Positions 20,291 to 32,252 of a stretch of 64,000 nucleotides of DNA are shown here, piece after piece. Origin of the DNA: Strigamia acuminata. Taxonomy: Eukaryota. The notes beneath the pieces were generated by a model that saw only the letters and a program-made list of their open reading frames with translations, searched no databases and had not been told where the DNA came from. Within the stretch, counting starts at the first letter, position 1; the number at the start of each line of letters is the position of its first letter. Location of the stretch: assembly GCA_949358305.1 (NCBI GenBank), contig OX442314.1:19840001-19904000 (forward strand), read 5' to 3'. Position numbers and translations under genes: made by a program.

Positions 20291-23246
20291 AGTCCAGACT
20301 TCAAATATTTTTTTTGTTTGAATTCAGTTTTCCTAAATTAAATTTCAAAAAAAAATTTAAAAAAATAAAGAGAAAAAAAAATATGGCCAGCAATGAAGCT
20401 AGATACCAATTAATTTGGTACATTGCCAACAAAGTGCATTGAAATTTAAAAAAAAAAAATCAATTGACGTGCCAAGTTATAAAATTTTACCATTCCCCCT
20501 CTCCTCCTGATCCTTTAATTAATCCTGTCAGCGCATTAACACGCGTTTCATTCTCTATCTTTCATTCATTAGCAAGAAAAACGCAACTAAAGCCAAGCAA
20601 GGAAAAAACACTACAAATGTCTCCATCTTCTTTATACCTTTTTTCTTTCTCCTACATGTATAAAGCAGCCGGTAAAAAAAATGTAATTAAGTTCTCGAGC
20701 CTCACTTCAACCAAAGTGTTACAGAAAAATCACATCAGACGACAAAAAATAAAAAAAATAAAAAAATTCATTACACATTTTCAATTTTATTTCACTCAAT
20801 TTAATTTTCTAAACAAAAAGAAACAAAATTAAACCTTTTTTCCATTATTCTTCTTTTGGTTATTTAATTTACAAACTTTTCACAGCTCTTTACAGCCCTC
20901 AAACCCATTTCACCCTCTTTCACGCCCAATACCCGCGTCTTTTGTTCCATCGTGCAGGAAACTTAAAGTGAGCCTGTTTCTTTTTCCAGGTCACTTTGAT
21001 AGAATTTTTCAAACACAAAACAAAGGACCAAATGACCATTCTACTGGTTTACGGTCCTGATTTGTCGCCATATGCATGCCAACTACCAACATCAACATCC
21101 TTTACACATCTCGCCTTTTCAATGTACCTGTCAACCATCTCAATCCTTTATTCACCTCATAAGGACATACATAAATTTACAGCCTTTTCTACGCGCATCA
21201 CAGAGGCCCATTATTGTCCATGATATAAACACAAAACCGCACGTACAAAAGGTGAATAGATGCTTAAAACACATTTAATCTCGACGCTGTCAATGCATTA
21301 TTGAAGCTTCTTTGTGTTGCGATTTTTCAAGAAGAATAATAAAATTTATCAAGTGTTTCAGCGTTAACTACAGATTGTGCCATGTTTAAATCGCCACAAA
21401 ACGAAAGCGTTTGCTTTCCGGCCATAATAGGAACACAAAACGTTTGTTTTTGAATTGCTATAAATAATTCTAAAACAGGCAAGCTACTAAACAACTGAAA
21501 ATATCAAAAGAATATCAGGTTTATTCAAAATGTATGAACTAACAATTCCAAAAGGGAAAAAGAAACAGAAAAACTTCCAAATTCTATTTTTACAGCAAAC
21601 AAGTGATAAATATGTTGTGAATAAGTAAAGAAACCGAGAAGAAACATCGTACATCCTGAAAAATATTCATATTTCATAAATTAAATATAATTTTGATTGA
21701 AATACAATAATAATGAAATTAATATTTAAACAAACAACCCAAATCAGAAAAATCTATAATGGACGAGCGAGAGCGAGAGAGAAGAGCCGGACAACATTGA
21801 ATTTAAAATATTGAAAACTGTATATTAAAAAGCCCGTATCTCATTTAAAGTTAAATAACCAAAATCATAAACCCAGGTCACTCTACAACAGTGCATTAGA
21901 TTTCTTTAAACCCCTACAAGATCTGCATATAAATTGCCACACATAAACAAATAATAAATTTTACTTAATAAAGTTCCTTTTTTCTGCGCCATACACAAGA
22001 TCACAACATGGATAGATGCAGGCAGTGTATTGCTGAATAATGGATTGGCCACTGCTGAATACTGCATGAAGCACAGAGGCGAGCTTGTCATCCTTTTAAA
22101 AGAAACTTCCTTCCTCCAGCAACCTATCTTCCATCCAGAGGCTTTTCAAAAGAGAGTTATAGTTGGAGTGGAAAGCAAAGAGTCCTAAGCTTTTTTCTAA
22201 GCTACACACAAGTCCATAAATGCACCTTTGCCCTTCGCTGCAAATGCTGACTCATTGGATAACACAACATTCGCTCTCTTTTTATTTTATGCATTCAATG
22301 CGTGTATTTACTTTTCACCTGCCTACAAATCAAGTATAGCTACTGGACTACATTTCAAGCACGCATGAACACTCATATTGGATTATAGTTATGAATTTTA
22401 AATTCCAACAAGTTCCTTTCACACAGCTGACACTTGAAAAATCAATTTTTTTAAATTATTAAAAAAAAAAAAAAAAAAAAAAAAGAGTTTCTTGTTGCGA
22501 CATTGTTGCACTACTCCACCAGAAAGTAAGTAGCAACTGTAAATATAGCCACTTGAAAAAAGGAAAAGTGTTTACTTAGCAGAAATAGCTTCTAGAAGTA
22601 ACGATCAATTTCATCTAACTTTGTTTTCGACATCCCTTGTGGTGAATGATTGAAGAGTGTTGCAAAGCTAGAGAATTCTTAAGAACCAATCTAGGGCTTA
22701 CTCATTTGATACCAACCTTGCAGAAAATTGAACCCGTGATAAAATCGGCCAATTCTCTTCCCCTTTTTGCCTCTTTCCATCTTCCCCCTTTTTATAACCT
22801 TTCGATTTTTCTTTGTCATCAGCAGTGCGAACTCTATCCTAAGTTCGGTTCAGCCACATAATCTATCAATGGTTCAGAAAAAAAATCCTTTCTTCCGAAT
22901 TCGGACTACTGTGACAACAAGACCACCCACGATTCTACTACTAAACTCATCATAAACAGAAAAATCCTTGTGAAAACAAACCCGCGGTTTGTTTGGTTAT
23001 AATTAAAATTTACGCTTTTCATTTTTATTTTCACTTTCGTATTCTGAATTATTTATTACCGCCGGGTCCCCCTGCTCCCCGACATAGGGTTCTATCCAGC
23101 ATAACTGAATAACTCCTTAAAACTACTAAATAATGGCTTCTGCCATCACCGACATAACGTTAGATGCATTCAATTCAACATATGCCTTCAAAATACTCGG
23201 CTAAAAGACTTCTCAAGGCGGAATTGTACGTTGCGCATGCATTCAT

Positions 23247-23337
23247 AAACTTATTTATACTTTTTAAACCAGTATAAATGTAAAATTTAAAATGTAAAAT
23301 CTACATTTAGACCGGTTTAAAAAATATAAACAAGTTT
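23247..23337. repeat. Inverted repeat, 36-bp imperfect arms
   Basis: AAACTTATTTATACTTTTTAAACCAGTATAAATGTA pairs with TACATTTAGACCGGTTTAAAAAATATAAACAAGTTT. Confidence 0.7.
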
Positions 23338-26300
23338 AAATGACAGTGCCTACTGAAAAGATACAATTCTTTTCCATTTTGTGTTTTACTTCAATTTTAA
23401 AACAAAAATGATGTCCCAATAAAGTAACCTGTAACCCCTGTGATGTGACCAATGATGTAATAAATAAGTAATACATGTTGCCAATTTTATAAAATAGTTA
23501 ATATTCTCACACTCAAAATTTAAACTTAAATCACACTTAAACTAAAATTGTTACAACATAATTATTTTTATTTTTGAAAAATAGAACGTACTTCAACTCA
23601 TCAGAGATTAGATGTACGCAACTATCTTGGCTCATCAATTTTGAGTTTAGAGTTTAAAGTCTTTCAAAATACCTTGAAACCAAGATAAGATGCGTACAAC
23701 CTCAGATACCGCAAGATTACAGATGTAACTGACAATACTCACTACATCACATTTCTCGCAATAAATCTGAGTTTATTGTGGAATCAAAGCATAAATCATC
23801 TACTGATACAGCCCGATCTACCAAAACTCAAACATCAAACATTCTAGAACGAACCAAGTAAAACGTATTCCTGCTGCGTTTCTATTTTCGAATGCAGCGA
23901 GTGTTTACATGTTCCTATTTTTTTCTTATCTCGTGCCCAATTTCGTACGATTCTTATTCCTGCCTAATTTATGACTATTTTTTTCGCAGCATGCCCCCAC
24001 ATCTTTTTCCAGCTCTCATTTTCACATCATTTATTGCTACGGCTCCCACAAAACACAACTACAAAACAAACCCGCTTAATGTAAAATACTCGAAAGCTAG
24101 AAAATATGAAAACAAGCAAGCACAAAATTAAATTTCACTCTGCCCCCTGTTCGAGAGCAACTAAATCTAATTTCACGGTTAGAAATGGATGTAATTCAGC
24201 AAAACCAACCGAAGCGTACAGGTCAAAACACTTGAAACTACTTGGCTACTATATCATAGCTTTATAAACACTAAAGAGCTTTAACCAAGCACGCTTCTTG
24301 TCATTGGAAAAATGGAGGTCGTAACAAATTCGCACATCCATTTCACACCAAGGGTTAGTCCTTAATTGGTAATAAACGTTCAAGTACTAGTTATAGGTTG
24401 TTGCTGAGGTCACTTTAGTCCATCCATCATCATTTGCCTCGGCGCTCCTTCTTGCTGTTCATTTTTATTTCTTTATGACCCTTTAATCTTTGCTGTTTTC
24501 AATTTCTGCCCGATAAAAGTTTGCCCAAGTCAAAACCAATTTGAAACTCTCGCAACCAAATTCTCATTTCAACGCAGTAATAAATCGAGAAAATATGCAC
24601 TACAAAAAACTCATTTCATGCGCATTTGCTCTTATCAAACGGTCATCAGCAAATAACTCAATAACATGGAAATCATTAAGCACAATTTGACCCCCTCCAA
24701 CAGAACTGCTTAAACCTAATTAGCTAACTGCGCAAGCTCGTAGCGGATAATAAATGAAAAGAAACCTACCTTAATTGTCACACGATACAACGATCGACCA
24801 TATACACACACAGCGAGCGATCCATTTCGATATTTCCTATCAAAAAGAAAGATAAACAAATTTATTTACTTCATTAGAGTAGTTAAAAACGCTACATATT
24901 CATCCTTCGTGGCATTTATCTCCCTAAATACCATGGAAACTCATCTTCAAACAACATATCACTTAAGCGACCATCAATACGACGTAGTGTGCAGCCAAAA
25001 CGTCCAGTCAGATTAAAAACCTTTTTGCCATCATCCGTGAAAGCAAACCATAAATTTTTTAACTTTTGCAATCAGTTACTTTCAAGGTTCTTAGTTAATT
25101 GCTGGCATTAATGGACGAGCGTGAAAATAAACTTATTGTAACGCCATTAACACAACTGCAAGAACATCTTTTGTTCAATGCAATCAGCTCTCCAGAAGAC
25201 CCATTTCTCACAAAACACACACAAGAACATCATATAACAGTGCCAAAACTCTTGAACAAGAGGATTCACTCGCTTCGCTCGCACGTCCAATAAAAAGCTG
25301 CCATACAGAGATAAAAATGTACATTTAAATAAATAAATAGCAATAAAAAACATGCAGCGAGCTGTAAACTGATTCCTATTGATTGAATTTCTCTGCACAC
25401 TACACATTAATATGCAAAACATTTTGGTCAAATCTGAAGATCCCTAATGAGATGATATTTAAAAAAAAAAAAAAAATCTCTCAAATTATAAAGTAAAAAT
25501 CTTCTTAGACAATGGGAGTTCCCCCACCAAATATCCATCAATGGTATAATAGTAAAAGCACTTTTCAAGCACTTGAATTCATTATTTCTAGCCATCCAAT
25601 AGCTTATAAATTATTCAGCCGTAAAAGACGATCAAAATATTGAAGAACGACGTAACGATATTGACGAAAACTTGGATGAAGTGTCATTCAAAAAATACCC
25701 ATTGCCACCTGGTGCCCTCTTCCGGTTTTCCCGTTGCTATCCCTTGAGGCTTTTCTCAGATAGGGGCCATCAAGAAAGACATGGAACCGTCATTGTCCAA
25801 CGAAATGGTCAAGCACGAGGGTGAAGAAATGTTGGTCAGGTGGAACTAACGTGCCGGAAATAACTCCTGCGTTTGTCGGATCGACCTGTCATCATACGGT
25901 CTCCATCCTCATTGACGTTAAGTCGAGCGCAAACCACAAAAAAAAAAAATTCCTGTCCACGACTTCAACTTTGTTTCCAAGGCAATGCGAGTCAATTTAA
26001 TACAAACTCGGGCAAATAAACAAATATTTTTTCCTCTTAAAATATTTAACTTTGAAAATTGGCTTAGACGTCGACTAATGGATGCTTATAAAAACTTCTG
26101 CAAAGAACAGATGCCATTTCCTTGATGCGAAGAGACATCTGAAATCCTCGAAAATTTATGCTAATCTCGCTATTAGCTTCTATCTTACAGTTTAAGCAGT
26201 AAAACGGTAAAAACAATTTTTAATCCTAATTTATTTTTTAAAGTAATGCTTAAACCAAGAACCCTTCAGCTAATGAAACCAAACTCAAGAGAGACAACAC

Positions 26301-27245
26301 CTTTAATTATGTATGAAAATACGAGCATTTTGTTGAATTAATAGGCCTTGACAAAGCACCCAAGCACAAACTAAAATATTTTTGCAACAAATGCAAACGA
26401 AACAAACCCGTTGAAAACTTCGCTCAACCACATTCTAAAATATAAACAGGAAAACAAGTTAAAACAAATTACCGTGTGCTTAAAACGTATTCTGATGTGT
26501 TCTTAATTTAAAGCTGCATTTAAATATGCTCGACTAAGTGCCAAATGCGAGACAGTTTGCTCCCCTCTCAAATTCACCAGCTGTAAATGTCGCATCAGCC
26601 TTAAAGTACTCCCACTGCCATTCACAAGCAAGCAAATCTCGAGGTGAAATCATGTGGTCATTTGACAATAAAAATTGCTCTAACTTGGAAATACAAACGT
26701 TTTAGGTTGCTAGCTACACTCGTAATTTCACGTTACTCCTATCTACGAGAATCGAGGGAAACATGAAAATGTTTCTATTGCATTTTAGCATAAGTATGGT
26801 AACATTGGTACATTGTTCATGCATGCTGGACAGAATCCTAGAATCCCTATAGTACTCAAGTCTACGTTTCCAGAAAATTGATAATCCAAAGTTTACTTTT
26901 CTGGAAATTTGATCTTGTAAACATTCCAGTTTTGTGCAAATTCAGTTTGTAGATTTTGGACGTTTTGCACATTTCCATTTGCAATGTAAACACTTCTGAG
27001 TGTGTAAAAGTTCCATACTTACGTAACATAGCACGTAAACGAAAATGATGCATTCCTGCGTTTTAATAATTCTTGTTTTGTCAGAAATTACTTTAGCTAA
27101 ATTTGGTTTGTTTATGGGTTATCATTTTCCTAATAAGCGAACTGCTTTATGAGTAATTAATACACAAATGCCGCGGCTTATTCAAAACTTCTACCATCGA
27201 CCACAACTTCAATTGCCGTTTTTCATAAAAAAAAAATATTTTTTG

Positions 27246-27299
27246 TGTATTTAACATAACGAACGTAGCGTACTTTCAAGGTTCGTTACGTTAAATACA
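27246..27299. repeat. Short hairpin (19-bp stem, 16-nt loop)
   Basis: TGTATTTAACATAACGAAC pairs with GTTCGTTACGTTAAATACA with one mismatch. Confidence 0.7.
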
Positions 27300-30253
27300 A
27301 AAATATAGCTTATTGCCGCAATAACGGTATTTTTGCTCCCATTCGAAGGAATACAGTATTTGATCATCACACAGTTTTCCAGAAAAATAAAAATCTATTT
27401 TCACTTATCCGTAAAAAAAAAACCATTTATATTCCTTGTTAATTATTAATTTTACCTAATTTTAGTAGCAAAATGTAAAACTTTAATTTTCATTCCTAAA
27501 TTAAATTTTTTTGCTCTTAAATTCTCGCTCCAAATTGTAATGACCTAAATCCTAAACCAACACTTATGTACACATCTTTTGTATGCCAAGCTATCAACGC
27601 TATTATTTACACTGTAATTGTTCGTCTCAGAAGGTCTCTCAGTTGTTGTTTTTCTCTCCACCAACTGTTAATATTTGCTGCTACATTCTTTAAGTAATTC
27701 TTTATAACCATCAACCACTGCAAACATTTCCTCATCATTTGTATTCTCGAGTTACATTCAGGTCCTTTTCACTTCTTTTTCACCTCTTAGGGACAATCTC
27801 TATACAAAACATTTCCAGTTTTTTTCCCACTTGCTCTCTTTGTTCTCCTTTCACCTGTCTCCAGAATGGATCGTTAAAGGTGAAATCCAATCGAGTTTCA
27901 TCTTTTTTTCCCCCTGCACATTTCACACAAAGCATTCACATTCGTGCGATGCCATTAAAAGGTAAAAGCTAAAGTTGAACTCTAACTGCATCATCGTTAC
28001 AAAACCGCCATTTTGGTTAAAAGCTTGGCTGATCGCCAGATTGGATACACAGTACAAACTTTTAGGTAAACGCTATATGTGTCTAATTACAACCTACAAG
28101 TTACAATCAGATAAAAAAAAAAAAAAAATTCGACCATCTTTAACTCCCCTCAAATTTAAACTTACAAATTCCCCACCAGAGTGGAAAAAAAGCTTTGCAG
28201 TTTTCATTTCACCTGGTGTCTTTCTATCAATATGCTAATTCACGAGCCCCAGGTCCGACATGCACAACTACTTAGAATACCAAGACAAAACACGAGTAGC
28301 AAAAATATCTAACTAATCTGAAAAAAGCCTCCAATTTCCACGAGCGACGAAAAAAATTCCCAAAACCCAGGAGCAATGATAATTGCTCAACTTTAAACAA
28401 AAACTCATTTCATGCCGAATACAAAAAAGGTTCGTTTTAAATGCCCAAATGAGCTCAATTGCTTCCAAACATTTAATGGACGCAAAACGACACCAATCAC
28501 CTCATCACACGGAAATCACTTTCTCGCATTTTCACGGACACGACTGGGATATTGATTCGGTGTGCGGCGCAGCTGAATTTTAACAAATATACAATTAGAA
28601 TAATAAATTTGTATATATTAACTTTTGTTTTAATGTTATGATCCACCAAACCAGGGCACAGAAGGGAATAATCGTTTTAACTTGTCAACAGCAGATGGCG
28701 CAGATTGTTTGTTGCTAGGCAACCAACTTTGCACACCCTACTTGTGGCATGATAAAACTTGCTTTTACCCCCATTTTGATTACAACACCACTCAGAATCA
28801 GAGCGGTAGTTGGCTTACTCAATGCCCTGGGTAGAAATGAATTGGGCTTCAACGGACGCAATGCCTCAAAATTGCTCCACATTTCAATGGGGATAAAAAT
28901 GAAAGAAAAATAACATGAAAAACTAATACACCGTCTTTCACTTTTCGTCTTATTTTTTTTTTTGCTTCAAAATTTCCCTTACTTTGGTTAGATGTCAATA
29001 CTTTGCTGTTTATCTTTCACCTAATAAAATATTCTAGACACACCCAAAGCAGAAATACCTAACTTAAAACAGTTCTGAAAAACAATTTCGAACGAGTAAA
29101 TATTTGAACACTTACATTTTTATTTTATTTCTAATGTCACCTGCATATCAGTGTTTATCTTTCAGGCTGTCATCAATTCCATTATTATATTAATTCGTTA
29201 TAAGGAGAAGCGCTTTTAAAATTTAAAACCCATCTGAAATAAAAATGGAAATTAACATCAAATGTTAAAGTTCGTTCACACACATTTTCCATTCCATTTA
29301 TTTTTTTTCTCTTTACAATTTGTTTACGGTATTATTTAGTGAACCAAACTGTCTGAAGTTTAATGTGCACACTCAAGCCATGATTTAAATATCTATTATT
29401 TAATGGCCATTAAACACAATAAAATGGCTTTTGTAGTCGTGGTCACTTAAGAGATAAAAAGTAACAAATGCCAGCAGCCCTGCACCAATAAAACATTTTG
29501 TACTTTCTTTTTTTCTCACTTTTATTTCTACTAAGTCGAAGTAAAAGTAAAAAAAAATTTCCTTCGTTTGTTATTCTTTCTTTTAATTAGATTAAAGTTT
29601 GCCAATTTGTTCGTGGAAACCCTCAATGACTACAAATTCTCAATAAATAAAAAAATGTTAGCAAAAAAAAATCTAAAAAAAAAAAAAAAAAAACAGAAAA
29701 CAAATTCAAACTTTTCAAAAAAAAAAAAGAAAAATAATAATAATAATAAAAAAAACAATTCACATAAACCAGAGTGAATTTTGTTCATAATGAAAAAAAG
29801 GGCGGGAAGAAAATGCAAAAAAAAAACAACAATAATAAAAGTATAAACAAAAAAAGTAAAGGCTTTCAAGTTTTTAATCTTTTTAGCATTAGTGCAAATG
29901 CAGGCAGATATATAAATTTTTCTATTGCCACATTTTCCTTGTTTCGACAGGCCTCAGGTTTCTAATCCCTAAGTTCCTCCCATAACTGCGTAATGATGTT
30001 GCCCTAGACGCGGGCGTCGCTTATTAAGGATGGGGATCCCACTGTGAAGACTTTATGGACTGTTAAACAGCGTTTCGTCCCTTGATAAAGAGAAACTTGT
30101 TATTGCCAATGTAATTTCAACACCGCAAACTACTCTCATACTTTAACTTAGGAAATAAAAAATATTCAAAAGTCGTCAGACCAAAACAATCGATGAGAAA
30201 AATTTATCTTCTATTCTAATCAATAGAAAATGACTAAATTAAAATTCTTGCTT

Positions 30254-30482
30254 CAGTAGAACGCCGATTATCCCAACTAATTAGGGACCTAAGTATTCAT
30301 AAAACCGATTTGTTCGCATAATCGGACATTAGGTTTATGTTCACACTGCACCGTGTATGAAAACAAGAAATAGATTAAAAATCGTTAAAAATCGATTAAA
30401 AAATCGATAAAAAAATCGATGACCGCTGTTCGGATAACCAGTCATTTGCAAGACCGACGTCCGGATAATCGGCATTCTACTG
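30254..30482. mobile_element. pogo/Tigger-like (Tc1/mariner) MITE, 229 bp
   Basis: TIRs CAGTAGAACGCCGATTATCC..GGATAATCGGCATTCTACTG, internal TTCGGATAA-like repeats, TA on the right flank (left flank TT). Confidence 0.8.
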
Positions 30483-32180
30483 TATTTTTATTTCAAAGAA
30501 GTCTCGTGTGTCAGCCTAAATTTGTTTTCGTGATTGGAACCAGTGTGGCCACACATGGCATACATCAAGTCCTAATGTTTTTTTCCCCCATCTTCTAGCA
30601 CACTGCATTTACCAGAGCTGTGAGTATCACTTGTCTGTGACATAAACCGCAATCAATTTATGATCCCAGAGGATTTTCCAACAGACACAGATATGTCTTG
30701 GCATAAACCATTCCACGTCTCACCAAGCTTTAGGTTGTAAACTAATTAAAAATAAAAAATTAACTGCATTAACTTCCACCAAAATTACTTCTAGAAAAAA
30801 TCACCCACCGTCTTTTAATTAACTTTTTCTCCAGAGAAAATAAATAAAATAAATGACGATTAAATACCTCGTGTTTTACTTACATTTTTTGACCAGAAGT
30901 TTAAGACATGGTAAATTTTATCGATTTGAAATATTTTATCTTGATTCTTTCCACACTTCATCCTTCCTGAGAGATATTCTTGATTGTTAAGAGCATGTGA
31001 AGGTTCAGGAAATGCAATACGTCATATTAATCAGATGTAAAGGTAAAGAGTGGGAGAGGGAGTTGCTTAATTTCCCACGAGTATATGAAGCGGTCAGATA
31101 ATAGACTGGCATCACCCACATCATCAGCCACGCATCGTTACTTCTTATTAATTTTCAAAATTCCAACTACCGAATGCACATTCCCTTGAGCAGCTGTTTT
31201 ATAAACTGAAAATAAACATTTTTTCAAAATTTTATTACAAAAACTTAATGTCGTATAGACTATAATCATACGTATACCTTTATTATTATTATTTATATTT
31301 ATTTCATTTTATTTTCTGTCATTACGATCATTGCGTGTGCCGTAAATATGATTTTATTATTCCATTTCCGGCAAAATGGCTAATTTTTGGTTGAAGAAAC
31401 TAAACCGCTCCGACACATTGAAGTCCTTAACCGGGAATCCGAGCCGTTTTTTTTCTTCAGAAATTTGGTAGGCGGGATCTTAAAGACCATTTATTTTCTA
31501 TATATATATACATTACCACGAAGCTCATGTATTGAAAACAAACTACGTATTTTTTCAAACACAAGGTCAAATGTGAATGTCAAAGCAGAAGTTTGAATTT
31601 TCTTTGGTCAATTTTTACGGTTTCTTCAGTTTTCCAAATACAACTTGCAATAAGTGTTAGAACCATTTCAAAAATTACTGTACTTCCATTTGATAAACAC
31701 ATTTCTTCAATAGTTACTTTCGGTTGCGCCTCATATTCGTTCGAAATGGCCAATGACGTTCACAAAATTGTGAGGATACCGACGCCATGACACCACGCCG
31801 CCGCATGGTGGTGTAAACAATCGCGTCATACACTTCCCAACCACGGCGCGGGTCATTCCAAAACAAGGGGTACGAGTATACAACATTTGGTACCAAAAGT
31901 AGTACGGAACTCCAAATCATCAAATGAATTCGTTTTAAAACTTCTAAACAAGAATGAATAAAATTATTTACTCTGCTATTTGCGGTAACTCTGTGGGATA
32001 CCCAAATGTGGGTATACACCAGCCTTGTTTTGTATTTGTAATGACCCCTACAAAATGCAAATGAAATAAACATTAGGCCTACTCTCTCAGACAAAATACC
32101 TGCAATTTAGGTGCGTACGCAATTTTAAATGTAAATTTTGGCGTAACATTTTTTTTTTTAAAAAAAGAAAAAAAAGAAAC

Positions 32181-32252
32181 GACAAGCACGGATTCGAACC
32201 CGCGCCAAAAGAACCCAACACGGAAGACCAACAACACGCCCACTGTGTGCTC
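32181..32252 (-). other. tRNA-derived sequence (SINE head or tRNA pseudogene)
   Basis: Minus strand shows an A-box-like AGCACACAGTGG and a B-box GGTTCGAATCC inside a T-arm-like stem; no convincing cloverleaf. Confidence 0.45.

Noticed and set aside
25640..25825. Open, coding-looking stretch
   Set aside because: No start codon, clear splice sites or recognisable motif.
29568..29965. Lys/Asn/Phe-rich ORFs (also near 10837, 49500, 59136)
   Set aside because: Translations of poly-A/T low-complexity DNA.
32181..32252. Functional tRNA gene
   Set aside because: Only the B-box/T-arm is good; acceptor and anticodon stems do not pair.
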